DNA of 64,000 nucleotides, taken from positions 37,882,001-37,946,000 of the forward strand of contig NC_043004.1 in assembly GCF_006345805.1 (NCBI RefSeq). The letters are read 5' to 3'. This DNA is from Octopus sinensis. Its lineage: Eukaryota. Below the pieces are notes generated by a model that did not search any database, was not told the origin of the DNA, and worked only from the letters and a program-made list of their open reading frames with translations. This document shows, one piece after another, positions 35,760 to 48,840 of the stretch. Position numbers and translations under genes: made by a program. The first letter of the stretch is position 1; each line of letters begins with the position of its first letter.

Positions 35760-36172
35760 CTCTTTACTCTTTTACTTGTTTCAGTCATGTGACTGTGGCC
35801 ATGCTGGAGCACCGCCTTTGTTTTAGTCGAGCAAATCGACCCCAGGACTTATTCTTTGTAAGCCCAGTACTTATTCTATCGGTCCCTTTTGCCGAACCTC
35901 TAAGTTACAGGGACGTAAACACACCAGCATCGGTTGTCAAGCGATGTTGGGGGGACAAACACAGACACACAAACATATACATACATATACATTTATATAT
36001 GCATATATACGACGGGCTTCTTTCAGTTTCCATCTACCAAATCCACTCACAAGGCTTTGGTCGGCCCGAGGCTATAGTAGAAGACACTTGCCCAAGGTGA
36101 CACGCAGTGGGACTGAACCCAGAACCATGTGGCTTGTTAGTAAGCTACTTACCACACAGCCACTCCTACGCC
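35760..36172 (-). mobile_element. Family A SINE (full length)
   Basis: Complete head-to-tail reverse complement. Confidence 0.92.
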
Positions 36173-36309
36173 TATGATTATTAATGAAAATTTTACAAAG
36201 CTTTAAACTTAAGTAATTTTAGCCAATCGGAAGCCTCCAATACCCATGGGCTAAAATTACATAACTTTAAATGTTTGTAACACATTTTATTGTTGCTGTT
36301 TAGAAAAGG

Positions 36310-36505
36310 GCGGCAAATTGGCAGAATCGTCAGCACGCTCGACAAAATGCTTAGCGGCATTTCTTTTGGCTCTTTATGTTCTGAGTTCAAATTCTGCCGA
36401 GGTCGACTTTGCAATTCATCTTTTCGAAGTCGATAAAATAAGCACTGGGATCAAAGTAATCAATTAGTCCCCTCCACCAAATTTCCAGGCCTTGTGCCTA
36501 TATCA
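36310..36505 (+). mobile_element. Family B SINE with tail2
   Basis: ggcggcaaattggcaga...gagttcaaattctgccgaggtcgac...aaatttccaggccttgtgcct. Confidence 0.8.
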
Positions 36506-36742
36506 GAATTATTAATGTCTGAAAAAAAAAAAAAAAAGAAAAGAAATGTGAATTTCATCTTCAGAATGCAGCATTACATCAGTGTAGAGAATCTGAGAAA
36601 ATTCCGGTGGTTGTAAATGATTTATGAAGATCTACTTGTACTTATGTTATCACCACCCATCCGTTCGGAAGAATGGAATGCAAAATCAATCCAGGCTGGA
36701 TTGAACTCAGAACTTGTAAGTCTGTTTGAAAGTCTTGGAACC

Positions 36743-37084
36743 CAGCGGTTCTCAACCATTTTTTTTTTAGCTATGGGCCCCTTTGATAACTATTTTATTC
36801 GGATGGGCCCTCACAGCCATTCAATGTTTAAAAACTAGTTTCAAAATACCCACTTTGTTTTTCACACATTAACTTGTGCAGGTTGATCTATGTAAAATGT
36901 TAGAGAAAGAAACCTAGCTGTTTCTTGCAATACAAACCACTACATATATCTAAAGCAAAACTTTTTCAGGGTCTCTAAAATACTATTGTGGATCTCCAAA
37001 TTACTATTTGGTTACGTAGACACCCCCCTCTCAAATACTATATAGACCTTAAGGGGCCTTATAGATCCCGGTTGAGAAACCCTG
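36743..37084. mobile_element. hAT (Charlie-like) MITE
   Basis: TIRs cagcggttctcaacc / ggttgagaaaccctg; TSD not preserved. Confidence 0.65.
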
Positions 37085-37359
37085 ATTTAATCCATCGCTA
37101 TATCATTTCTGCCACGACATGGTCGTTTTCAATTAGAGGTAAAGATTAAAAAAAGTCAATATTTACAAAAATGTAAATTCGAATGGGTCTGACATGGCGA
37201 GACAAAATGAATTAAGAGTCTGAGGGCTATTGAGATCCCTTACATACTGGCATGTAAGTGTCTGTTAACGATTTCAAATTGTCGGCGTCGATAATCGCTT
37301 TCAATGAAAAACAGAATTAATCTAAGCGTGGTTTCAATGAACGTTAAGTAATAACGACC

Positions 37360-37850
37360 ATAACGACGAGGACGACGACAACGACAATAACAATAACAAT
37401 AACAACAGCGGTGACGATAACAACGGCAACAACATCAATATCAACACAATCTATCTAAGCAAATATAACAGTGGCTACACCAATAGAAGTTGTTAATAAA
37501 GGTTACATGGCATAATGCAACGTTTGCAGCAATGAAAATGCAATGTTATAAGAAGCAACAAAAACGTCAAAATAAAGAGAAAACAACAATGAATTCAGTA
37601 ATAACTGCAGTTAAAACAGGAATAAGAACAATGACAATATCCATGACAGCAACAACAACAATAACAACGAGAACAATGGCATCAATAATAAAAATAATAA
37701 CCACCGCAGAAATCAGGAGCGATAGTAATATTAAAATAAATAATAAAATAATAATGGTATTATAGTAGCAATATAATATTAATAGCGAAAATAATGACAA
37801 TAAACCTATAAATAACAAAAAGAGAGCAAAATAAAAAAAAAAACGACAAG
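37360..37850. repeat. Cryptic AAC/AAT trinucleotide low-complexity tract
   Basis: Degenerate aac/aat/gac runs. Confidence 0.7.
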
Positions 37851-37999
37851 GGACCAGTTAGAGAAATTCAGTGTAGATACTGAATCTGTTTGAAATAAAC
37901 GATAAATCTTCCTCAACTCAACTCCCACTGTCCTAAAGGGAAGAAGACATTGCGCGATGTAGTCATACTCGTAGATGCATTATACATATAACAAAAAGA

Positions 38000-38230
38000 G
38001 GCGGCGAGCTGGCAGAAACGTTAGCACACCGGGCGAAATGCGTTGCCGTATTTCGTCTGCCGTTACGTTCCGAGTTCAAATTCCGCCGAGGTCGACTTTG
38101 CCTTTCATCCTTCCGGGGTCAATAAATTAAGTACCAGTTACGCACTGGCATCGATGTAATCGATTTAATCTCTTTGTCTGTCCTTGTTTGTCTCCTCTGT
38201 GTTTAGCCCCTTGTGGGTAGTAAAGAAATA
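38000..38230 (+). mobile_element. Family B SINE monomer with 17-bp TSD
   Basis: Full head, body and tail1; tatacatataacaaaaa at 37981-37997 and 38231-38247. Confidence 0.92.
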
Positions 38231-38331
38231 TATACATATAACAAAAATGGGAGGGCACATTTTTGATTATGGCTCTGCTGGAGTAGAGCTGACCTGCATC
38301 TAAACAACAGTAATAGCAACAACAGCAGCAA

Positions 38332-38460
38332 GTGGAGGCGCAATGGCCAAGTGGTTAGGGCAGCGGACTCGCGGTCGTAAGAACGCGGTTTCGATTCCCA
38401 GACCGGGCATTGTGAGTGTTTATTGAGCAAGAACACCTAAGCTCCACGAGGCTCCGGCGG
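38332..38460 (+). mobile_element. Family E SINE 5' part
   Basis: gtggaggcgcaatggccaagtggttagggcagcggactcgcggtcg...ttcgattcccagaccggg. Confidence 0.8.
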
Positions 38461-38794
38461 ATGTGTGTGTGTGTGTGTGTGTGTGTGTGAACCACGCTGT
38501 ACTCTTTCACCACAGAGGAACCATGGTGTAACCCACTATGGTGAGGTAAACTTTCAGACCCAAGTCTAGATTGCGAATCCTCTGTACTCCAGGATGGTTC
38601 AGCACCCCACCCGTTAAAAAGCCACCGTTTACGGAATGAGGATAACAACGTAGCTTTCGCGCCCGTACAACCGCCAGTCTATCGCGTGTGGTGGGTGGAT
38701 CTTCAAGTTGCCACACGCATTCTTTGCAGCTTAGAGTAGGCTCGAATTAGAGATTATTCTTTGTGGCTAATGGCGTGAGTCCTGATTGATTTCA

Positions 38795-39007
38795 AATGTT
38801 GGCACAATGTCAGCATCTTCGGGAGAGGTGATTAAGTCGATTACATCGACCCCCCCCCCAGTGCTCAACTGGAATTAATTAATCGACATTGAAAGGGTGA
38901 CAGGCAAAGTGGACCTCTGTGGAATTCGAACTTAGAAAGTAAAGACGGACGAAATGCTGCAAAGTATTTTGTCCGGCGTGGTAACGATTCTACCAGCACG
39001 CCGCCTT
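38795..39007 (-). mobile_element. Family B SINE, diverged
   Basis: Reverse complement of head, body and tail2. Confidence 0.7.
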
Positions 39008-39100
39008 AAATCTTTCCCTAACCAGTAATCACTAGTACCTTTCCGGTAGAGCTAAATGTACATGAGGCCTTTACCTCAATGTCTAACAGCGTCACCTAAG

Positions 39101-39390
39101 GTAGTTGTTGCCCGTGACATCAGCAAAGCTTTCGATTGTGTTTTCTATGAAAACTTCCTGGTTTAGTTGCCATCATATAGACTCCATCTGTCTCTCATCT
39201 TTATAGGATGAGAAGTTTCCTGCCAGACCACTCCACTGAAGTGAGCATTGCTATGGAATATTGAGTGCTTTCCAACTCATACTCTGATGCTCTCCGAAGC
39301 TCGTTTATGTTTCGCAAACTCCCCCTTCTGTACATTAACAATTTGCGAGCTATCCACATTAACTTCCGCCTACATGCATCATTCACGTAC
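39101..39390 (+). mobile_element. LINE reverse-transcriptase fragment
   Basis: VVARDISKAFDCV (from ALDISKAFD.V) ... LLYINNL (LF.LYINDL), frameshifted. Confidence 0.7.
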
Positions 39391-39704
39391 AACATAATCA
39401 TTTCACATTAGATACACACTTTTCAATAAAAGAAAATCTCGAAAATATCATTTAATGGGGGTATAGCAACCTAACCTCACTCAACAGCCTTGAAATTGTT
39501 TGGAGGAGGAGACTAGTCGAATACATCGACCCCATTGCTCACCTGGCGCCAGGTGAGCAATGGATGAGCATCGACCCCAAAAGAATGAAAGGCGAAATCG
39601 ACCTCGGCAGAATTTGAACTCAAAGCATAAAGACGGACGAAATGCAGTTTAGAATTTTGGTTTGTGTACTAAAGACTCTGCCAACTCCCAGTGATAATAA
39701 TGGC

Positions 39705-40285
39705 TTCAGATCTTGGCACGAAGCCAGCAATTTCGGAAGGCGGAGGCTAAGTCGATTGCAGCGTCAACTGGTACCTATTTCATCGATTCCCGAAGGGATG
39801 AAAAGCAAAGTCGACGGAATTTGAACTCAGGACGTAAGGACAGACGAAATGCCGCTATGCATTTTGCTCGACGTGCTAACGATTCTGTTCTATTCTTGGC
39901 ACAAGACTCGAAATTTTTGGGGGAGAGGGAGAGGCAGTCGAATAAATCGACCCTAGTACACAAGTGGTACTCGACCCCGAAAGAATGGAAGGCAAAGTCA
40001 ACCTCGGTGGAATTTGAACTCAGAACGTAAGACAGACGAAATACCTATTTCTATTTCTTTACTACCCACAAGGGGCTAAACACAGAAAGGACAAACAAAG
40101 ACAGACAAACGAATTAAGTCGATTACATCGACCCCAGTGCGTAACTGGTATTTATTTAATCGAACCATGAAAAGATGAAAGGCAAAGTCGACCGCGGCGG
40201 AATTTGAACTCAGAACGTAGCGGCAGACAAAATACCGCTAAGCATTTCGCCCAGCGTGCTAACGATTCTGCCAACTCACCGTCTT
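39705..40285 (-). mobile_element. Family B SINE trimer
   Basis: Three tandem bodies with the head at 40285; tail1 junction near 40045; a further fragment lies at ~39490-39650. Confidence 0.8.
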
Positions 40286-40945
40286 GCACACTGTAATAAT
40301 GATAATAAGCTTAACGGTAGTTCAACCGAACTAACCAACAATCCCACCATGTCACACACCCAAACTACACCATCTTAGACTCATAACTGAAGGAGACTTC
40401 ATTACACGCATCAAATCGTAGCTTTCAATAGTACAGAAAACAAAAAATAACATATTAGTATTACAATAAAGCTCTCTTTACTTCCTAAACAACCTACACT
40501 AACATAGATTTATCTCACCTAGTTAGCGACATCAACTCTTCCCCAGACAACTTCTGTTCCATCTTCTGTACCACCGACTCTTAGAATATGATTTCTTGTC
40601 TATGCTTAAGACTATCTATTTTTATTATAGTCACAACATACATCAATGATGATACCCAAAACATTTTACAACATAAATAAATAAATAAAGTGAGGTCTAT
40701 CAAGTACCTGACTCAAAGATTTGCTAGTTCAACAATGCCAATAACACCAATATTATTTTTATATTAGTTTGGTCGCAGGGAGAGCTGATTCTATTATCTT
40801 CGTGGAGTCTCCGAGGCGAGTGAGATTCACGCTCTCAACATTCTGTTTGAATTGTTGCAAGTCGACGGCAGCAGTAAAAAAGACCAGTAGGGAGAAAATT
40901 CCAGAGAACCAACGACCAGGGAAGACAGTGATACACGCATGCACG

Positions 40946-41015
<70 letters not shown>

Positions 41016-42317
41016 ATGAGCATCCGTGCAGTTTCCGTCTACCAAGTCTACTAACAAGGCGTTAATCGGCCGGGATTAGAAGAGAAGACAGTTGCCTAGA
41101 GCACCTCTTTGTGGGATTGAGTATGAAAACTCGTGCCTGTGAAGCGAACGTCACACATACGTTTGAAATATGCTGTCGTTGCTTTTTGAATTAAATGGAG
41201 TATTGAAGGCCCAAGTCAAATGGAGAAAGAATTTAGATTTAAACAGAATCAGCATGAATTTAAACAATTCAAAACATAAACATTTACTATATAAACTACT
41301 TCATTAGTATATAAGCTACTTCAACGATGTACCTGCTTTAAGTATGATGCGAGATTGCTATTTTAAACTAATATTACTTCTGTTGGACAAAACGATTCCT
41401 TTTATACAGCCTGCCGAATAATTACGAATCAGTGATTTTTCAATCACTGTTTTGATATATCAGTAGCGGCCAATTTTGTCATAGTATGTTATTGTCAGTA
41501 GATCCTTGCTATGAAAGTCCAAAGATACAGAAATGCACATTAAGCAACGCCAGCACCGCTGCTGGACAATTTTCGCCTGTTACTGATATATTTCTGTATT
41601 ATTAACAGAACACGTCTGTAAGAGATGCAGTTATCATGCTTTCAACGATGTATCTGTTTTAAGCATGATACACTGATTGCAATTTTAAACAAATACTGCT
41701 TCTGTTGCACATAGCAAGGAAACTATTTAATTTCCTCCGATTTTGATTTAACTTGTCTCGAGATTATTTTATTTGGCTTCAAATTTATTTTTATTTGCTT
41801 CGAAATTTTTGTAACTTGATTTGGTTTACTTGAATTTCTTTGGAGATTATTTTAAATTGTGCCCGAACTTATACAGACGTCTCGTCTACCTACCATGCGG
41901 TAAACAGTCACATATTTTCGTTATGCAACTATATTCGAGATTCAGTCTTTCTGTTGGCATAGATATTGATCATAACCTCAACTAATCACAAATTGATTGT
42001 AGAGAACACTCAGTGGGTAAATAATACGGCTAGAAGAATTAAGATGTATCTTGCAAGGCGCATGTATATCTAGTTATGGGATAAAGAAAACCCCAGTCGA
42101 AATTCAAATGAACGCAAGAGTCGACAACCATTCAACAGTGTGCGTTTAATACGCATGTGCATAGGAAGTGCATTTAAATGTGCATATAAATGCACAAAAG
42201 AGAAGGATGTTTCTGCATGAAACTTGTAGTGTTTGTAATCTCTAGTAATCTTTATTTGTTTTGTTTCGTGTTTTTGTTTTTGCTTGTTGCCAGTTTAACG
42301 ACTTCAAACATTTAGGT

Positions 42318-42913
42318 CAGTGGTTCTCAGTAGGAGTCCACATGACCCTTAGGGGTCCATGTAAGATTTTTGGTTATTCTTCTACAATACACAAAATATT
42401 TCAGCAATTTTTTAATACAATTCCTAATAATATTTAATCATAATTATAGGTGCAGGAGTGGCTGTGTGGTAAGTAGCTTGCTGACGGGTTCCGGGTTCAG
42501 TCCCACTGCGTGGCACCTTGGGCAAGGGTCTTCTACTATAGCCTCGGGCCGATCAAAACCTTGTGAGTGGATTTGGTGGACGGAAACTGAAAGAAGCCCG
42601 TCGTATATATGTATATATATATGTATGTGTGTGTATATGTTTGTGTGCCTGTGTTTGTCCCTCAACATCGCTTGACAACCGATGCTGGCGTGTTTACGTC
42701 TCCGTAACTTAATGGTTCGGCAAAAGAGACCGATAGAATAAGTACTAGGCTTATAAAGAATAAGTCCTGGGGTCGATTTGCTGACACAAGTAAAAGAGTA
42801 AAAGAATATAAAAATATAATATGATTTTTTAAACACTGAATGGATATGCGGGTTCATTCAGGTAAAATAGGAATCAAAGGGGGTCCTTAGGTAAAAATGG
42901 TCGCGAAACACTG
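42318..42913. mobile_element. hAT (Charlie-like) MITE interrupted by a family A SINE
   Basis: TIRs cagtggttctca / tcgcgaaacactg; flanks atttaggt / agttagat (6/8, possibly a decayed 8-bp TSD). Confidence 0.6.
42449..42805 (+). mobile_element. Family A SINE
   Basis: Head to tail, with a deletion in the tail. Confidence 0.88.
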
Positions 42914-44598
42914 AGTTAGATAGTGGCCCTTTCATACATACATTTGTTATTAATAAATTTAATGTATTGCTACTTTCTCTGCTCTCTTTATTCTAGCTTA
43001 AGACAAGACTCAAATTTCTGGCTACCATAAAAAGACGGTGAAATTTTCGTTGTGACGGTCGAGGAATGGGTTTTCTAATACAATGAAATACATCAATTTC
43101 CATAGTTTCCACCTCAGAAGGAGTCTATAGGCAGAAGCAGTCGTGATTCCCGGTCACCTGTCCGACTGCATCTTTCTGTGAAGAGACGTTGGTTTCTGGG
43201 CTTCCTTAGATTTTTCGATACTACTGTAGGTCTTCGTCATTGTGGAAGCGCATGGCGGGAAGAGTAAAAAGTAATCATATGTGATAGCTGCTCTACATCT
43301 AGCATATGTGTGTGTACGAATATGTGTGTGCGTTTTTTTCGTGTGTATGTATATGTGAGTGCTGCAACGTAATTTACACCCAGTATTCTTAAAACATTTA
43401 AAAAGAAAACGATGTTGAAAGCTGGGTAGAATACTACAAAAAATACTAATTAAGAGACCGTCGGATGAAATAAGTAAAAACGTAGTTAAGTATTTAACTG
43501 CAGTAACGACACCTATAACCCAAAGTTCATCAACGACCTTTCAACATCTGTATGTGAAACTGAATGGCTTAGTGACATCGTTAAGAAGCCGTATTAGTTT
43601 ACAGTGTCGTTCCTAATAGACTGGAATCATCCATAATGTGATATCGTCCATAGTTACTTTGTATAAAGTTTTTCTGAAATTGCAATGTCACGGCAGCAAC
43701 AGAGATATCTGCGACAGTAGCAACAGTAACAGCAATAACAACTCCAATTACAAGATCAGCAACAATAACAACAATGAAAATAACTGTAAACAACAGCAAC
43801 ATCAACACAATAACAAAAGCCACCGTGGCCGCAGGCATGATCATGTGGTTTAGAAATTTCGGTTTCGATTCCAGTGTGCAGCAACTTGAAGCGTATGCTG
43901 TTTTTACCACAGCTTAGAGTGAGCCAAAACTTTGTGATTGAAATTTATAAGAAGGAAACAGCGATGAACTGTTCACCTTTTTTTTTGGCGGCTGTCTGAA
44001 ACTGTCGGGCAGATTAAAGTAGTGTATATAAACTTTTTTGTGCGCGGGTGTGTGTGTGAGCGTGTATGTGCGGGTATGCATATTTTATGGCGTATGTGTG
44101 GGTGCGCATGTATGTGTTTCAAGCGAGTGTAGATGAGCATATTCAAATTGGCACATGTACGTGGGTGTGCGTGCACACATGTGTATGTATGGACATGCGC
44201 ACATACGCGATTGCTATGAGAATTTTTTACTCTTTTACTTTTTACTTCCCCCCCTTAGGTTTTTCCCCTTATTTAACGGTCATTCTAATAGCTCTTTTGT
44301 CTTAATAACGGTCAATTACATAGTAGTTTCCCTTTGTTTAACGGTCATTTTCATAGCATAATTTGATTGCTCGATAACTGAAGAGATGGCGGTGCGAGTT
44401 TCCGCCTCGACATCCGAAACTCGGAGTTTTATTATGGCAACCGAATGATTGTCCCATGTTATATTACACACACACACACATATATATACACACACACACA
44501 CACACATATAAGAGGGATGACCACTAAGTGGATATCCATTATGCTAGAAGTCGCTCCCCTATAGTCTTACCACTAAGAAAGGAAAATTTAGCAAACGC

Positions 44599-44723
<125 letters not shown>

Positions 44724-44734
44724 GTGTGTATATG

Positions 44735-44945
44735 TTTGTGAATTTGTGTTTTGTCCCCCAACATCGCTTGACAATCGATGTTGGTGTGTTTACGTCCCCG
44801 TAACTTAGCGGTTCGGCAAAAGAACCGAAAGAATTACTAGGCTAACAAAGAATAAGTCCTGAGGAGAGGGTGGGGGCGATTCGCTCGACTAAAAGCGGTG
44901 CTCCAGCATGGCCGCAGCCAAATGACTTGAAACAAAGAAAAGAAA
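44735..44945 (+). mobile_element. Family A SINE 3' half after (TA)n
   Basis: tttgtcccccaacatcgcttgacaatcgatg...ggtgctccagcatggccgcagccaaatgac. Confidence 0.85.
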
Positions 44946-45796
44946 GAATAAAAGAATATATATATATATATATATAATATATATATATATAGAGAGAGAG
45001 AGAGAACAGAGAGAGAAGTATGGACAGGGGCAAAGTGTGAGTGAGGGGTGTTGTAACTTAGTTTATAACTAAGTAACTATTAACTCATCAAACGCCTCCA
45101 AAGATCCTCCAACAGAGTATGAGCCTGGTGGTTGGTAACTCCTGCTACAGAGTATTATTTTACGGTCTATTGGCGTAAAATTATACTCTTATAGCAGGGG
45201 ATACCAGCAACCAGACCACAGGGCAGTATCGGGCCGCACAGAAAGAATAGATTCCTAAATTTTATTTCTTTTTTATCGACTATCGCACTCTGCAGGATAG
45301 TTTTTATATTATACACGTATTATATATATGTAATAAATATGTATTGTAGAATATGTAGGGATTAAATTATATATTATGCGCTTTATTGTGCGTAATAAAG
45401 TAATAATTATGCATTTTTATTATGAGCGTGATCAAATGGTCCTTGGAAAAATTGTTTTACCTGAAACAGATTTGTGGTGCAAAAAAGGTTGTGGATTGCT
45501 GCTCTACTGAATCGACATTCCATAGACTACACCCACATACGCGCGCACATACGCATGCACGCACACACACGCACGCAAGCACGCACGTACGCACGTAGAC
45601 AAGCCCTAGATTCTCACCTCGTACATACTCATTCCCATAGCATTCAATTCGATCGTTGCATGCGCAAATCATTGCTTTCCAATAGCACACTTGACCCACG
45701 CTGAACCTCGTCGACCCTATAACTGACAATCGAAGATTTATATTCTGATGACATGTAAAATTCCTAGATCATATCACACACACATACATACACACA

Positions 45797-45855
<59 letters not shown>

Positions 45856-45922
45856 ATAACATTAGGGAGTAAATCCAAACTTACAGGGAAAAATTAGATT
45901 TAGGATTAAATCTAATTTTACA

Positions 45923-45989
<67 letters not shown>

Positions 45990-45998
45990 ATATATATA

Positions 45999-46173
45999 TT
46001 AAATTAGAGATAAAACCACTATTAGGCAAATCAAACAGTGAAAAACAAACCAAAACATAGAAATAAAATTAATTAATATAATTAATTAATATATTAATTA
46101 ATTTTATTTCTATGTTTTGGTTTATGTTTTTCACTGTTTGATTTGCCTAATAGTGGTTTTATCTCTAATTTAA
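45999..46173. repeat. Near-perfect 175-bp palindrome between (TA)n tracts
   Basis: Arms aaattagagataaaaccactattaggcaaatcaaacagtgaaaaac... and ...gtttttcactgtttgatttgcctaatagtggttttatctctaattt; one 2-nt indel. Confidence 0.92.
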
Positions 46174-46178
46174 TATAT

Positions 46179-46271
<93 letters not shown>

Positions 46272-46831
46272 GTATGCATACATATATATATGTGTGTGTA
46301 TGTGTGTGTATATTGTTACTGTGTTTCTGTTGCTGCAGCGATCGTGTTTAACTTTCTCTCCGCTTCGGATGACTACACCAGACCACGTTGCAGTCGAATT
46401 ACAAGGCCGTTGCTCAACCATGCACCTTTGGTTGAGTTATTTAAGAATCATGCTGCTATAGTTACTTACTTAAATTACAGCGATAACACACGAATCAGCT
46501 TGCGTACCCCTATACCCAACATCTGCCAAACGTATATGGGGAGAGGAGAGTAGTAACGGGGGTAAAATTAGTAATTTCTGATTTCTCGCTATTTCCCCCC
46601 CCCTACCTGTTTGGAATCATTACATTGCAAGTATTGAATCATTCTTTTGTATTGTTGCATCATCCTTAGGAGTGAAAATTGGTCAGTTTTGTTGTTCGAC
46701 ACATCGTCAGGTGTCAGGTATTTTTTTCAAGAAATTTTTCTTCGACTTTGACCCGATTGTAATTGAGATTACAAATAAAATATCTGGATAATTTTTGGTG
46801 TTTAATAATCAATGTTCTTTTCTCTGTTGAT

Positions 46832-47578
46832 GGTGGCGAGCTGGCCGCCGGGCGAAATGCTTAGCGGTATTTCGCCTGCCGTTACGTTCTGAGTTCAAAT
46901 TCCGCCGAGGTCGACTTTGCCTTTCATCCTTTCGGGGTCGATTAAATAAAGTACCAGTTAATCACTGAAGTCGATGTAATCGACTTAATACCTATGTCTG
47001 TCTTTGTTTGTCCCCTCGGTGTTTAGCCCCTTGTGGGTAGTAAAGAAATAGGTATTTCGTCTGCCGCTACTTTCTGAGTTCAAATTCCGCCGAGGTCGAC
47101 TTTGCCTTTCATCCTTTCGGGGTCGATAAATTAAGCACCAGTTATGCACTCGGGTCGATGTAATCGACTTAATCTGTTTGTCTGTTCTTATATGTCCTAT
47201 CTGTGTTTAGCCCCTTGTGGGTAGTAAAGAAATAGGTATTTCTTCTGCCGTTACTTTCTGAGTTCAAATTCTGTCAAGGTCGACTTTGCCTTTCATCCTT
47301 TCGGGGTCGATAAATTAAGTACCAGTTATGCACTGGGGTCGATGTAATCGACTTAATCTGTCTGTCCTTGTTTGTCCTCTCTGTGTTTAGCCCCTTGTGG
47401 GTAATAAAGAAATAGGTATTTCGTCTGTCGCTACTTTCTGAGTTCAAATTCCGCCGAGGTCGACTTGGCCTTTCATCCTTTCGGGGTCAATTAAATAAAT
47501 ACCAGTTACGTACTGGGGTCGATCTAATCGACTGGCCCCACCTCCACAAAAATTTTGGGCCTTGAGTAGAAAAGAATA
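46832..47578 (+). mobile_element. Family B SINE tetramer within a single 15-bp TSD
   Basis: Units start at 46832, 47051, 47235 and 47415; ttcttttctctgttg at 46815-46829 and 47579-47593. Confidence 0.88.
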
Positions 47579-48257
47579 TTCTTTTCTCTGTTGTATTCCA
47601 AGTTAATTTTTTTCCACACTAAAGTCTAATTTGATAATTTTTAATATTCAGAAACTTATATCTAAAATGGGATAAATTGCGTAATAACATATTTCAATAA
47701 TTTCTTTACTTTGATTGTATGGTACATAAATATATCTAGAAGAGAGCCACTCCAGAAAATGATGAAGACGCTATAGAGAATATTTCATGTTGAGGTTTTT
47801 TTATTTAGTCGAGTTTCGTTAGTTTATTGCATATGCCATTTTCCCATGATCCTCTTTCATTTGACCTAGATATTTAAAATTTAATTTTGCATTTCTGATC
47901 TTATTTATGTATAAGGATGGATATTCAAGTGTGATTCTGGAAAATTGTCTTGACTTACTCATTCTGCCCCAGCTAAATTCTTATGCTCAAAGAGAACGGC
48001 AATAATTTTCTGAAATAGTGATCAGATCATGTTACAATGCTTTTAATGCATTCAGAGGTCATTTGCTTTGCTGATAAAGGTTTTGTAAGGTAGTGGACAT
48101 TTGTAAAAAATATATTTTGTCTCAAAATTCAAAAATGCAGTAAAAATTCCTTATTACGCCCACCCTCCTATATACAAAGTAACACATACATATACGCTTA
48201 TACATACGTACATACATACATACATACATACATACATACATACATACATACATACAT

Positions 48258-48585
48258 GGTGGCTGCCCCCTCGTTATCGAGCATGGCCATTACACGAAGC
48301 TTAATTAATGTTGTTATCGTACAATGCCTGTGCAAGAAGATTTTTTTAAAGTGAGGAAAGGCTGTGCCCTGAGTCAATCCCACTCACTAAGCAACAGCAG
48401 CCATAATCCGAAAAGAAGAACAAGTCAACATCATCGGTAACCACTGAGCCGGGGACATAGAAATAATCGGACTGAATACCCGATCGCGCGGTTAAACCAT
48501 TGGGAGTGAAGGACTCCTAGCCATTGTTAGGGCATCCTTCTAGGAGAAGGTAACTCAGGTAACTGGGATAACTCCGACATAAAAC
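48258..48585 (+). mobile_element. Unclassified retroelement fragment, possibly an RTE 5' region
   Basis: Higher-GC island between (TACA)n tracts with atccttctaggagaaggtaactc, reminiscent of RTE 5' regions; weak. Confidence 0.35.
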
Positions 48586-48840
48586 ATACATACATACATA
48601 TGTATATATATATGTGTGCATATATACATGTATATAGTATACATAAACATATACATATATATGTATATCCATAAATATGTGAAAAAAAATATCTGTTTAT
48701 ATATTATATTCTATATTCTATATTATATCTATTGTGAATAAAAGAATGCATATAATATCCATAATAATATTAGTAATAACTGATTATTGTATATGCTTAT
48801 AAATGCAAATATGTACGTATATTTCAGTATATACATACTG

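Noticed and set aside
41320-41715. Two diverged ~75-bp similar segments about 320 bp apart
   Set aside because: Too degenerate to define boundaries or class; probably an old local duplication.
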